Both the position numbers and the translations under genes were made by a program. From a bacterium (lineage in GTDB: Bacteria; Hinthialibacterota; Hinthialibacteria; Hinthialibacterales; Hinthialibacteraceae), in the NCBI GenBank assembly GCA_963663405.2, contig CAXXSM010000021.1, forward strand, positions 1-64,000: 64,000 nt of DNA. The letters are read 5' to 3'. Below are positions 40,104-50,808 of this stretch, in pieces. The stretch's first letter is position 1; every line of letters starts with the position of its first letter. The notes under the pieces are model-generated. The model saw only the letters and a list, made by a program, of their open reading frames with translations. It was not told the origin of the DNA and did not search any database.

Positions 40104-41795
40104 ATGAATGTGTATCAAAAAGTGGTGATCTTTTTAGGATTCATTGCGTGTCTGCTTCCGGGCGCGTTCCCTGTGAAGGCCGTATCGGATACAGTTGATG
40201 GATTGAAGGCGAATGATGCGGATCTGCAATGGTTTCGTGACGCGAAATTTGGATTGTTTATCCATTGGGGGCCGGTCAGTCTGGAAGGGACGGAGATTGG
40301 TTGGTCACGAGCCGGAGAACGGCGGTTCCCACATAGCACGGGCACTCAGATCCCGGTGGATGTGTACGATAATCTCTACAAACAATTCAATCCCGTGGAA
40401 TTCAACGCAGACGAATGGATTTCCATCGCAAAAGCCGCTGGGATGAAATACCTCGTCTTCACAACCAAACATCACGACGGATTTTCGATGTTTGACAGCC
40501 AACTGACCGATTATAAAATCACCAATACCCCCTTTAAACGCGACGTCACCGCCGAACTCGCCAACGCCTGTCATAAAGCGGGGATCAAACTGGGATTTTA
40601 TCATTCTCCACCGGATTGGCATCATCCTGATTATTTTACGGAGAATCACGCGCGGTATATCCAGTACCTGCATGGACAGGTAAGAGAACTATGCTCGAAT
40701 TATGGGAAAGTGGATATTCTATGGTTCGATGGACTGGGCGGAAAACCGAAAGATTGGGATTCCTACACCTTAATCCCAATGGTTCGCCATTTGCAGCCGG
40801 GGATCTTGATTAACAATCGGGCCGGTCTGCCCGCCGATTTTGACACACCCGAACAACGTGTGGGCCGCTTTCAGAACGATCGCGCGTGGGAGAGCTGCAT
40901 CACCATCTGCCATCAGTGGGCCTGGAAACCCGACGACCAGATGAAATCACTGAAAGAATGTATTGATATCCTCGCGCGCAGCGTGGGCGGGGATGGGAAT
41001 CTTTTATTCAATGTCGGCCCGATGCCCAATGGAAAAATTGAAGACCGGCAGGTCAAACGGCTGAAAGAAATGGGCGCCTGGCTTGACCAATATGGAGAGA
41101 CGATTTACGAAACACGCGGCGGTCCATTCAAACCTGGACCCTGGGGCGCCAGCACATACAAAGGGAAAACGATCTATCTCCATATTCTTGATTGGGAAGA
41201 GAGCGAAACGCTTCTTCTACCTCAGATTGATGAAACCATCGTTAGTCACCGCGTTCTAACCGGAGGCGAAGCCGCCATCGAGCAAACCGATCGTGGAATT
41301 GAAGTGAAAATCCCCGCCGATCAACGCCATCCAATTGATACGATCGTCGCGCTGGAATTGGAGGGCCCCGCCGCTTATATTCCACCCGTTGATCTCCCAC
41401 AATATCTTTCTTTGGGAACGGGAAAAACCGCGAAGGCGTCCAATGTATTTCAAAATAATAATTGGGCCTATGGACCGGCCAAAGCGTTTGACGGGGATCT
41501 AAGCACCCGCTGGGCCACTGATTCAGGAACGAAACAGGCGTGGATCTACGTCGACCTTGAGAACGAAGTCACTTTCAATCGGATTGTCATATGCGAGTCA
41601 TTCGGCCGGACACGTCAATTCGAACTTCAATATAAAAAGAGTGGAAACTGGATCACATTTCATAAAGGAAATACAATTGGGAATAAACTAACCGTTCGTG
41701 TTGAACCGTTGACCACTCGTTACGTTCGTTTGAATGTGCTTCATGCGGACGATGGCCCTACTTTCCGCGAAATTCAGTTCTATTTAGATCAATAA
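40104..41795 (+). CDS. GH29 alpha-L-fucosidase with C-terminal F5/8 (CBM32-like) domain
   Basis: WFRDAKFGLFIHWG, TKHHDGF, LWFDG, NNR, NLLFNVGP; AFDGDLSTRW. Confidence 0.93.
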   Translation: MNVYQKVVIFLGFIACLLPGAFPVKAVSDTVDGLKANDADLQWFRDAKFGLFIHWGPVSLEGTEIGWSRAGERRFPHSTGTQIPVDVYDNLYKQFNPVEFNADEWISIAKAAGMKYLVFTTKHHDGFSMFDSQLTDYKITNTPFKRDVTAELANACHKAGIKLGFYHSPPDWHHPDYFTENHARYIQYLHGQVRELCSNYGKVDILWFDGLGGKPKDWDSYTLIPMVRHLQPGILINNRAGLPADFDTPEQRVGRFQNDRAWESCITICHQWAWKPDDQMKSLKECIDILARSVGGDGNLLFNVGPMPNGKIEDRQVKRLKEMGAWLDQYGETIYETRGGPFKPGPWGASTYKGKTIYLHILDWEESETLLLPQIDETIVSHRVLTGGEAAIEQTDRGIEVKIPADQRHPIDTIVALELEGPAAYIPPVDLPQYLSLGTGKTAKASNVFQNNNWAYGPAKAFDGDLSTRWATDSGTKQAWIYVDLENEVTFNRIVICESFGRTRQFELQYKKSGNWITFHKGNTIGNKLTVRVEPLTTRYVRLNVLHADDGPTFREIQFYLDQ

Positions 41796-41846
41796 ACGTT
41801 GATCTTCAAGTATCTCACCTCTCCGTTCGGAGAAAAATTTAGAAAC

Positions 41847-41931
41847 GGGTACCCAGGGCAAGGCTTTTTTCTGCCCTGGCTACATTCCGGAAATTATGCA
41901 AGGGAAGAAAAAAGCCTTCCCCTTGCTACCC
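41847..41931. repeat. Palindromic REP/MITE-like element, family B (85 bp)
   Basis: GGGTACCCAGGGCAAGGCTTTTTTCTGCCCTG ... CAAGGGAAGAAAAAAGCCTTCCCCTTGCTACCC long imperfect hairpin. Confidence 0.75.
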
Positions 41932-42049
41932 AGCTGATTGATATATACTCTGTGCGATTGTAATCTTCGTTTCTCATTACCTGAAACAATCTCGTTGAAA
42001 GCTTAATAAGGATTGAAAAACTCAAGTTATACCCGCGCGTAGTATAGAC

Positions 42050-42087
42050 ATACAAAATTACCCATGCGAGTATACAAATTTACCCAT
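42050..42087. repeat. Direct repeat ATACAAAWTTACCCAT x2 (22-bp period)
   Basis: 42050-42065 and 42072-42087; degenerate third copy at about 42024-42045. Confidence 0.6.
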
Positions 42088-42129
42088 CTAATGGTTGAAA
42101 TTGATCTATAAAGTCTTTATACTCGATGC

Positions 42130-43359
42130 ATGTACAAGAGATATATCATACCCTCAATGAAAGAAGCGTTGAACGACACACCGGTTATCGTTGTAATCGG
42201 CGCGCGTCAAGTTGGTAAAAGCACACTTTGTAATCAACTTCTGGATCAAAATATTTTCAAAGCGAGACTTGTTTCGTTAGATGATCCTGTCACCTTAATG
42301 GCGGCCCAATCAGATCCATTGGGATTTTTGGAAGATTTGGGCACGCATGTGATCATTGATGAAATTCAAAGAGCCCCCGGACTCTTTATCAGCATGAAGA
42401 AACTCGTGGATCAGGACCGGGAGGGAAGACGGCTTATTTTGACGGGATCGGCTAACGTAATGACACTTGCCAAAGTGTCAGAATCATTGGCTGGACGAAT
42501 TGAGATACTTCACTTATGGCCGTTATCGCAAGACGAAATTCTTGGAAAACCATCCCCATTTCTGGAAACGCTGATTTCAGGAAACAAATTCCAAGGTCGA
42601 AAAAGTTCATGGAAGAACATTATCAAAGCGGTGGATATCGGGGGATATCCAGAAGCCCTAAAGCGAAAAACAGAGGCCAGACGGTATAAATGGTTTGAAT
42701 CTTATATCAGTTCAATCTTGCAAAAAGACATCAGGGAATTATCAAATATCGAAGGATTAATCCAAATTCCAAATATTCTTCATTTGGTTGGCACGCGCGT
42801 GGGCAGCACGATTAATATGTCGGACATTTCAAGATTATCCGGGATTAAAAATACAACGCTTCAACGGTATATGGCGCTTTTGGAAAATGTATTCGTAATC
42901 GTCCTGGTTCCCGCCTGGACACCCAATATCGAAGGACAATTTGTGAAATCCCCCAAAATCTATCTCAATGATACAGGACTTCTTTGTTACTTGCGGGGAG
43001 AAGATCAGAAGAGTTTAACAGAAAACAGAAGCCATGCGGGCGCATTTTTAGAGAACTTTGTAGTGATGGAGATCACCAAACAACTCAGTTGGTCAGATCA
43101 ATTCGTAAATGTCTATCATTTCAGTATGCATAAAGGGGCGGAAGTGGATTTGGTATTAGAAGACAGGAAGAAACGGCTTTATGGGATAGAGATTAAATCC
43201 TCCGCAACGCTTAGTCAAAATGATTTTAAGGGATTAATACGTCTGGCAAAACTGAGTCAAAAATTTGAAAGAGGCATTGTGCTTTATATGGGAGAAGAAT
43301 CCCTGCGCTTTGGAGACAGGCTCTACGCCGTGCCCGTGTCATCTTTGTGGGAAGAATAA
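42130..43359 (+). CDS. AAA+ ATPase (AAA_14) with DUF4143 domain
   Basis: GARQVGKS, IIDEIQ, LTGSA, ESLAGR, GGYPE, KSPKIYLNDTG, EVDLV..IEIKS. Confidence 0.92.
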   Translation: MYKRYIIPSMKEALNDTPVIVVIGARQVGKSTLCNQLLDQNIFKARLVSLDDPVTLMAAQSDPLGFLEDLGTHVIIDEIQRAPGLFISMKKLVDQDREGRRLILTGSANVMTLAKVSESLAGRIEILHLWPLSQDEILGKPSPFLETLISGNKFQGRKSSWKNIIKAVDIGGYPEALKRKTEARRYKWFESYISSILQKDIRELSNIEGLIQIPNILHLVGTRVGSTINMSDISRLSGIKNTTLQRYMALLENVFVIVLVPAWTPNIEGQFVKSPKIYLNDTGLLCYLRGEDQKSLTENRSHAGAFLENFVVMEITKQLSWSDQFVNVYHFSMHKGAEVDLVLEDRKKRLYGIEIKSSATLSQNDFKGLIRLAKLSQKFERGIVLYMGEESLRFGDRLYAVPVSSLWEE

Positions 43360-44546
43360 AGAATGAGCGGAGCACATTTTTTCCTCAACGATAATATCTT
43401 CTTTTTTTCATGAAATGTCAAGAAATTTCGTAGTAAGGGCATGCGGATCACCTTGAGATAGTTTTTGTCTTCGTCCGGTAGACTTATTGATATTATTCAA
43501 AGCCACCGAGCGTAATGGCTTATTTGATAGAGTATATTTGAGTAAATAATCTGCCTATCGTCTTTGTTGATTCTTTAATGGTGTGTTTTTTTTTCGTATT
43601 TGGAAAGTAGTAGTTTAATTTAATTGATTGATTAATGTATTGAAAGAACATATGGGGAGTTCTGTTCTGTTGCGCATGAATTTTCAATGTTATTATTATT
43701 GATTTATCTTGTTTTTTGTTATGATAGATGTTACTATCGAGATTCAACTTTGGCGGTTAATCCTTAGCAAACCGCTTGCTTTGCTACGCAGGAGAATTCG
43801 ATATGAAAACCGGACGTAAAATCCTTCTTATTGCAATAGGTTTTGGGATTTTACTATGGTTCATAGACGCGTGTGTGGATTTCTTTTATCTCTCCGAAGG
43901 CAGTTTTTGGGATGTCCTTCTTATCAATGTGCCGACTCGCGATCTATTTATGCGATTATGCTGGATTTTGTCCTTTCTGGCCGGTTCCTTCATTGTTTAT
44001 AGAATAGTGAACGCCCGTGTCAGCGCCGAGAAGGCGCATCAGGAAACAGAACGGACGCTGACCAATCTAATCAACAATCTGCCCGGCCTCGCCTATCGCT
44101 GTGCGAATGATCCAGATTGGACGATGGAATTCATCAGTGAAAATTGTCTTGAATTGACGGGATATACGTCCGCCGAATTGACCCGGAGTGCAAAAAAAGT
44201 ATACGCGGAAATAATCCATCCCACCGATCGAGAGAATGTGTGGAACAACGTCCAAAAGGCGGTCAATAAAAAAGAACCTTACACTATAATTTTTCGCATC
44301 ACTACGAAAGATGCTATGACCACAATGAACCGTTGGATTTCTATAAGGGTTTGTAAATTAAATAGTTGCGGCAGCGAATTTCCTTGTAATCAAGTATAGG
44401 TTTCAAAAATTTTCGTTTTCGTTCTGTCAAAATCCCAATAAATTCAATATCTTCCCCAAAAAAAGGCTATTTTATACGCGCATAAAATGATAAAGTATAA
44501 GTATTAGATAACCATAAAAACAGATACTTTATCGAACCGGTGAAAA

Positions 44547-45221
44547 ATGACTCCCAACCAACACACGATCGAAGATAAAACCCTTCAAGTTTTTCGGAAG
44601 AAAAAAGTATTGAGAATCGGCCAACTCGCCCGGCTTCTCGAACGGTCTATCCCGACTGCGCGCCGGCGGCTGAAAGAGTGGAAAACCTATACGAGTTATA
44701 ACCACAACGGAAAATATTATGTGCTGCCTGACGTGCCCAAGTTTGACGCCAATGGATTATGGCAGTACGACTCGATCCGCTTCTCTCAACATGGCACGCT
44801 GAAAGAGACGGTGATCCATCTTGTGAAGAATTCGGACAGGGGGCTTTTCGCTCAAGAGATCGGCCGTCTTGTGGGGTTGGCGCCGCATTCATTCTTGTCT
44901 CATTTTCGAGGCGCGTCCGGCTTACAACGAGAACGGTTCAACGGACGATGGATTTATTTTTCCTCGGAGGAGACGATCTTGAACGTACAAAAACGGGAAA
45001 GAGAACGGTGGGCGCAAACCCAATCCACTTCGCTCCTCACAGATGCGGAAGCCGTTCAACTCCTGGTGGAAAGGATTCGACATCCCCACCTCAGTTTAGA
45101 CGATCTGAGCCAGGCGCTTCATACCAAGGGGATGGCCATCTCGTCCGAATCGATTCGCCGTTTTCTCGGCCAGCACGGCCTACTAAAAAAAACAACGGAT
45201 ACGCTCTCGTTCGACACCTGA
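44547..45221 (+). CDS. IS OrfA (HTH-like DNA-binding part)
   Basis: Inside IS; IGQLARLLERSIPTARRRL; SYNHNGKYY; ends just after an A8 run (LKK). Confidence 0.75.
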   Translation: MTPNQHTIEDKTLQVFRKKKVLRIGQLARLLERSIPTARRRLKEWKTYTSYNHNGKYYVLPDVPKFDANGLWQYDSIRFSQHGTLKETVIHLVKNSDRGLFAQEIGRLVGLAPHSFLSHFRGASGLQRERFNGRWIYFSSEETILNVQKRERERWAQTQSTSLLTDAEAVQLLVERIRHPHLSLDDLSQALHTKGMAISSESIRRFLGQHGLLKKTTDTLSFDT

Positions 45222-46996
45222 GAACATATAAGAATCAATTGCTGACCAACCTTTCGGCCGCCACGTGTTTCCCGTCTCCTCCGACCCTTGTGTTTCGGCC
45301 GTCTCATCGCGTTTGTTCTTGCGGCGCGAAACTGAAAGTGCAAAAAACACACAGGAGGACTCTTGTCACCTTGGATATTGGGGAATGGCACGCGAAAGAA
45401 ATCCTTTACTATTGCGATGGCTGCGGCGATCCAACGATCCATTCTTCGGAAGAGTTACAAACGCTGGCGCCCCCTCGATGTAAGTTCGGCTATGATATTT
45501 TGGTCGAGGTAGGAACCGCGTGGTTTCTACGGCGCCGGAGTGAAACCAGTATTCAAGAAGAACTCGCCCGGAAACACATCCGGATTTCCAAGAGCGAAAT
45601 CGAGTATCTCGCCCAAAAATTTATCATTTATCTGGCCGTTGTCCATCGAGAAAACGGTTCCAAAATCAAAGAAGATATGGCGTTGCGGGGAGGCTATATT
45701 CTCCAATTGGATGGAACGTGTGAAGGGGAAAGCCCTCATTTAATGAGTGTCTTGGATGGCCTTTCCGAAATTGTTTTGGACAACGTAAAAATTCCCTCGG
45801 AAAACGCGGAACAAATCATTCCGTTTCTCTCCCGGATTAAAGAGACGTACGGTCTCCCTCAAGCGTTGGTGAGTGATATGGGAAAAGGGATTGGATTGGC
45901 CATCCAAAAAGTGTTCCCGCTCGTCCCTGCTTTCCTCTGTCATTTCCATTTTTTGCGTGATCTCGGAAACGATCTGTTCGGAATCGAAAACGATATTATT
46001 CGGACTCATTTGAAGAAGTACGGCCTGCAAAGTTTGTTGGGTAAATTGGTGAAAGAACTGAAGCCAATTATGAAGGCCGATCCAACCGGCATTGATTCCC
46101 TCGTCACGTGTATCGAAAGCCAAAACGGGGACGAAGAAACGGCGCCGGAATTCCTGCCCGCTGTCTATGCGTTAATTCTCTGGGGATTGGGCGCCAAACA
46201 CCAAGGAGACGGCTTGGGATTTCCGTTCGATCGCCCCCATCTTGTTTTTTATCAACGGCTGGCCATCCTGCGCTCTACCTTCACAAAAATTCAGCCGGCT
46301 CCACCCATTGACCGTCCATTGTATCAACAACTCATTTGTACATTGCAGAAGGTCATGGACGATCCGATTCTCCACTATACCGCCTCCCAAATGCAGCAAA
46401 AGGTTCTTGTGTTCGATCGGCTGCGGAGAGCCATGCGCATCACTCTCCCCGGGAAGAAACAAGGCCTCAATGATGAGGGAGAAGATACCGATATCCGGAC
46501 CATCGAAAAGGGGGTGACTGAGTTCCGCGAATGGCTCTGCGGTGATCCCACTCTTTCAGCGGATGCCGATGTACAAAAGATGATCGCGCAACTCGATAAA
46601 TATTGGGAGAAACTCTTTGCCGATCCCATTGTGGTTGATACGCCGAATGGGAAAGTCACCATCCAACCGCAAAGGACAAACAATCTGCTGGAACGCTTCT
46701 TTCGGAATTTAAAACACAGCCATTGCAAAAAAACGGGAACGAGTTCGATGAAGAAGGTGTTAACGACTATGCTTCCGGATACGCCTCTCGTGAAAAACCT
46801 TGAAAATCGACACTATATGGAGATGATCTTGAAGGGAAGAGCCAGCCTGGAAGAACGATTTGCTGAAATTGATTCGAACACCATTCGCGAAGAAATGAAA
46901 AAAGCCAAGATTCAGAACGAAGGAATTCCACGAAAATTAAAAAAAATCATCACCAAACACGATTTCCCTGGAATCTTGATGAAGTGCTTTTCATAA
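45191..46996 (+). CDS. IS OrfB DDE transposase (probably reached by -1 frameshift)
   Basis: CxC..CxxC, LQLDGT, LVSDMG, CHFH, QRTNNLLERFFR; -1 frame relative to OrfA. Confidence 0.8.
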   Translation, partial: NNGYALVRHLRTYKNQLLTNLSAATCFPSPPTLVFRPSHRVCSCGAKLKVQKTHRRTLVTLDIGEWHAKEILYYCDGCGDPTIHSSEELQTLAPPRCKFGYDILVEVGTAWFLRRRSETSIQEELARKHIRISKSEIEYLAQKFIIYLAVVHRENGSKIKEDMALRGGYILQLDGTCEGESPHLMSVLDGLSEIVLDNVKIPSENAEQIIPFLSRIKETYGLPQALVSDMGKGIGLAIQKVFPLVPAFLCHFHFLRDLGNDLFGIENDIIRTHLKKYGLQSLLGKLVKELKPIMKADPTGIDSLVTCIESQNGDEETAPEFLPAVYALILWGLGAKHQGDGLGFPFDRPHLVFYQRLAILRSTFTKIQPAPPIDRPLYQQLICTLQKVMDDPILHYTASQMQQKVLVFDRLRRAMRITLPGKKQGLNDEGEDTDIRTIEKGVTEFREWLCGDPTLSADADVQKMIAQLDKYWEKLFADPIVVDTPNGKVTIQPQRTNNLLERFFRNLKHSHCKKTGTSSMKKVLTTMLPDTPLVKNLENRHYMEMILKGRASLEERFAEIDSNTIREEMKKAKIQNEGIPRKLKKIITKHDFPGILMKCFS

Positions 46997-48722
46997 AGAC
47001 GGAATTATTAAATCCAACCGTTTGTTGGGGTCATAGGAAAGATGGAACGAAAAAATGGGTGTGGGAGAGGGGATGTGGTGTCTTTTCTTCTGATGGAGAA
47101 CTCTTGTTTCTAGAGGGATTTATTCACGACATCACCGAGTTCAAAAAAGCGGAAGACGACCTGAAGAAGAGCCAATCCATGATCGAGCGCGCCCAGAAAG
47201 CCGCGCACTTCGGGTGTTGGAATTCGGATCTTCAAACCGGTGAGTTGATCTGGTCTAGTGAAGTGTTCCATATTTTCGGGATCGATCCTGAAACCTTCGA
47301 TGGGAAACGGGAAAAGTTTCACCAATTGGTTCATCCAGATGATCGTGGAACGATGTTTGAAGCGGTTGAAGCCGCTATCCGGAGTCATTCTCCCTACAGT
47401 ATTGAACATCGCATTATCCGCCCAGATGGAACCGTGCGTTGGGTGAGTGAACGGGCGGACGTGATCCTGAATGAAGAAGGCTTACCCATTCAATTGGCAG
47501 GTGTGATATTGGATATCACAGCCAGCAAAAAGATGGAGGAAGAAAAAAAGAAACTCGAACAACAGTTGCAACAATCGCAAAAAATGGAGGCGATTGGCCA
47601 ATTGGCGGGGGGAGTCGCCCACGATTTCAATAATCTGCTTACGGTGATTCAAGGCTACAGCGACCTCGCTCTTATGAGTCTTGATAAGGATAATCCTCAC
47701 CGCGGTGAGATCGAGGAAATTCAAGAGGCCGCCACCCGGGCGGAGACGATTACCCGCCAGTTATTAGCGTTCAGCCGGAAACAGGTGATCCAACCCGTTG
47801 TGTTAAATTTGAATACAACGGTCGCCGATATGGGGAAAATGCTCCAACGTCTGATTGGAGAAGACATCGAACTCATCACCAATTATTCTGATGATTTAAA
47901 AAATGTAAAAGCCGACCGGGGACAGATGGAGCAGGTTGTTGTCAACCTCGCCGTCAATGCGCGGGACGCGATGCCCGACGGGGGAACCTTGACAATTGAA
48001 ACCGCCAATGTCGAATTGGATGAAACCTATACGAATCAACGAGTTGATGTGAATCCCGGTTTGTACGTCATGCTGGCGGTCAGCGATAGTGGGACGGGAA
48101 TGGAACCGGAAGTTTTATCTCACATCTTTGAACCCTTCTTTACGACAAAAGAAAAAGACAAAGGTACCGGCCTTGGATTAGCCACTGTCTATGGCATCGT
48201 GAAACAAAACAATGGTCATATTGGGGTGTATAGCGAACCGGGATATGGCGCCACATTTAAAATCTATCTTCCACAGACGGAAGAATCGATTCCATCCTCG
48301 AAATCCGATTCTTTAAACACCAGTCATTTGCATGGCACGGAAACGGTTTTAGTTCTCGAAGACGATAAAAATGTCCGTGTCTTAACGGAAACGACGTTGA
48401 CTCAGTTTGGGTATCATGTGTTTACGGCGGCGGACAGTGATGAAGCGTTTGCATTGTTCGATCGACATGCGGAATCCATTGATATTCTAATAACAGATGT
48501 GATTATGCCGAAAATGAGCGGCCCTACCGTTGTCAAACATCTCAACGCCACGATCCCCAATTTGAAAGTGCTTTATATCTCTGGCTATACGGATAATACT
48601 ATTTTCAACCAAGGTGTTATCGAACCCGGTTCCTTATTCTTACAGAAACCGTTTCAGCCGATCGCTTTGGTGAAAAAAGTGCGGGAAGCGCTTGCTGCGG
48701 AATAAAATTGTTGTATTTAACG

Positions 48723-49493
48723 TTACTGCGCCGCGTTCAATTGATAGGAAATTGTGAAATTCTTCTCTTGCTGTCTTTGGAGAGCGCATTCCCATTCCAT
48801 TGTTTGAGAATCCATAGAAGAAGGCTCTGGTGTGGTTTGAATGATTTGCGCGTTGGCGGGAAGAACCATTCGCAGACGAAAGATCTGACTGGCGCGTGGC
48901 GTATACCGGTATGAGTAGGTTAAAAAACCGCTTTCGATTTGAATCGCCTGTTTTTGATTGATACGGACGTAAACCGCCGGCGCCCGGTAGCCGGGCAGTT
49001 GGACGGCGCAGCGTGTATACCCCCCGAAACCCCGCGAGTGAAAAGCGAGAGAGCGGTGGTTGAGATCCTGTATTTCAATGACATTCCCTGGCAGCAGAAT
49101 ATTGGCGGAATTGTTTTTAATTCGCGCCGGGAGGGGAACTAAATAATCAAGCGTTACATCGCCATTTGGTTTCAATGTAACTGTATGCTCACGCAAGAGT
49201 CCCCGTCCGGTTTCATACCGGTCTCCATCAATGCGCGCGATTGAATGAAACGGAATCCTGAGCGATCCGTACTCCGTGTCGATCATCAGAATTTCCGCCG
49301 TCGTGTCCCTGATCGTCCCTGCGAGAATTTGTCCGTCCTCTGTTTCGATAACCGTTTCGCCTTGGAGTTGAGGAAAAGGTTGCTTCTCGCAGAAACTCAA
49401 ATTGGGGAAGAGGGAGAACGCTCCTAGGAGCCCCGTTCCGAACCAGATGTAACTCATCATTCGCGCATTCATTTTAATCCCGTTATGTTTCAA
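48723..49493 (-). CDS. Exported hypothetical protein
   Basis: Signal-like N-terminus; overlaps the ABC permease stop, last gene of the operon. Confidence 0.6.
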   Translation of the reverse strand: MKHNGIKMNARMMSYIWFGTGLLGAFSLFPNLSFCEKQPFPQLQGETVIETEDGQILAGTIRDTTAEILMIDTEYGSLRIPFHSIARIDGDRYETGRGLLREHTVTLKPNGDVTLDYLVPLPARIKNNSANILLPGNVIEIQDLNHRSLAFHSRGFGGYTRCAVQLPGYRAPAVYVRINQKQAIQIESGFLTYSYRYTPRASQIFRLRMVLPANAQIIQTTPEPSSMDSQTMEWECALQRQQEKNFTISYQLNAAQ

Positions 49494-50808
49494 TAATCCC
49501 GCTGCGATCGCTATACCGGATCCAGCGCCAGAGTTCGTTGAGATTCGGGCGTTTTCCGGTCATGAGAATGCCGACCCGGAAAATACGCGCGGCGATTGTA
49601 ATACACAGGACCGCGAAGAATAACGTGTTTAACGCGGTTAAGGCGATTTCCCATAAAGGGATAGGCGCGGCGACCATACGGATCGCCATCACTGTCGGTG
49701 TAAAGACGGGAATGAAACTGATTAATCTAACCAGCCACCAATTCGGCTGCGTGACAAAAACGAAATTGAACATCAATGGCAGCACGAGCATCATAGTAAT
49801 AATTCCCTGCGTCTGCTGGGATTCGGTTTCATCTCCTACCATGGCGCCGATAGCGGCGAAAATCGAGGCGTATAATAAGTACCCGGTCGTCAGAAAAATG
49901 AGAAAATGAAGAAAATACAAAGGCGGCACGAATTCAGAAACCGCGAAGCCTTGGCTTTGTAAAATCAAGACTCCCGCTCCAACCCACACAGCAAATTCGA
50001 TTAAGCCGATGATGTAAAATCCTAAGACTTTTCCCGCAAGAATTTCCGTGGGAGAAAGCGAGGAGACAAGAATCTCCACTACCCGTGATGTTTTTTCTTC
50101 CACCACGCCGCGAATGAGCATCTGGCTGGTGGTAAATGTCAAGAAAAACATCATCATCACGCAGACAATGCCGGGTGCGATGATTTTTCCGAAATCCGCC
50201 TTGCGTTTCATTCCCGCCTCTTCGGACGCGGTTTCCTGGGTGATTTCATATTCGTTCCAGCTGATCCCACGCGAAAGTTGAGAGATCATCTCGGGATCGA
50301 ATCCTTTCGCTTCCAGCCGGATTCGCCGGACGACAGATGTTAAGCCATTCATGATTTCCCGCGGCAATTCAAGACCAAATCCGCGCATCGAGTAAAAATC
50401 GCACTGACCGTTTTGAGTGATATCCCCATTGATGACTGCATAGGCGTCCCATTCTTTTTTGAGGACTTTGTCTTGCGCATTTTTGATTAAGACATCTTTG
50501 GATACGCCCGTTACCGATACAGGGAACAGGGAGAAGAGCGGGAGTCCATTCGGCAATTTACGATGTTGCAGTTTTGACTGCCACTCGTCGATGATTGACG
50601 GTTCTAATCCAATGACGCCGATTTCAAGGGATTCAGTCCGGGTATTCTCCGCCGAGAGGATCAATTTCTGGGCGATAGAAGGGAGATAAGACACCAGGAA
50701 AAACATAACAGCCGGTAGAACCAACGTCAGGATGAAACCTTTTGTATTGATCACCGTCCAGATTTCCCGCTGGGCAACGAGACGGATATTTTGAAAACTG
50801 GTATTCAT
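49483..50808 (-). CDS. ABC-2 type permease (NatB/YhaP-like)
   Basis: VAQREI, VVEEKTSRVVEILVSS, GKVLG, GYLLYA, RIFRVGILMTGK. Confidence 0.9.
   Translation of the reverse strand: MNTSFQNIRLVAQREIWTVINTKGFILTLVLPAVMFFLVSYLPSIAQKLILSAENTRTESLEIGVIGLEPSIIDEWQSKLQHRKLPNGLPLFSLFPVSVTGVSKDVLIKNAQDKVLKKEWDAYAVINGDITQNGQCDFYSMRGFGLELPREIMNGLTSVVRRIRLEAKGFDPEMISQLSRGISWNEYEITQETASEEAGMKRKADFGKIIAPGIVCVMMMFFLTFTTSQMLIRGVVEEKTSRVVEILVSSLSPTEILAGKVLGFYIIGLIEFAVWVGAGVLILQSQGFAVSEFVPPLYFLHFLIFLTTGYLLYASIFAAIGAMVGDETESQQTQGIITMMLVLPLMFNFVFVTQPNWWLVRLISFIPVFTPTVMAIRMVAAPIPLWEIALTALNTLFFAVLCITIAARIFRVGILMTGKRPNLNELWRWIRYSDRSGIIET

Larger units (their letters stand above)
44314..47036 (+). mobile_element. Insertion sequence, 2723 bp, 27-bp imperfect TIRs, 8-bp TSD GAAAGATG
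   Basis: TIR-L CTATGACCACAATGAACCGTTGGATTT (44314-44340) vs TIR-R reverse complement CTATGACCCCAACAAACGGTTGGATTT (47010-47036), 23/27; TSD at 44306-13 and 47037-44. Confidence 0.95.
43803..48705 (+). pseudogene. Hybrid sensor kinase (2 TM-PAS-PAS-HisKA-HATPase-REC) interrupted by an IS
   Basis: Removing 44314-47044 restores FRITTKDGTKKWVWERG and a 723-aa ORF; [27 protein letters not shown]. Confidence 0.92.

Noticed and set aside
44759-45190. N-terminal 144 aa of the 745-aa transposase ORF as called
   Set aside because: It overlaps OrfA out of frame and reads as shadow sequence. Plausible coding begins at the A8 slip site.
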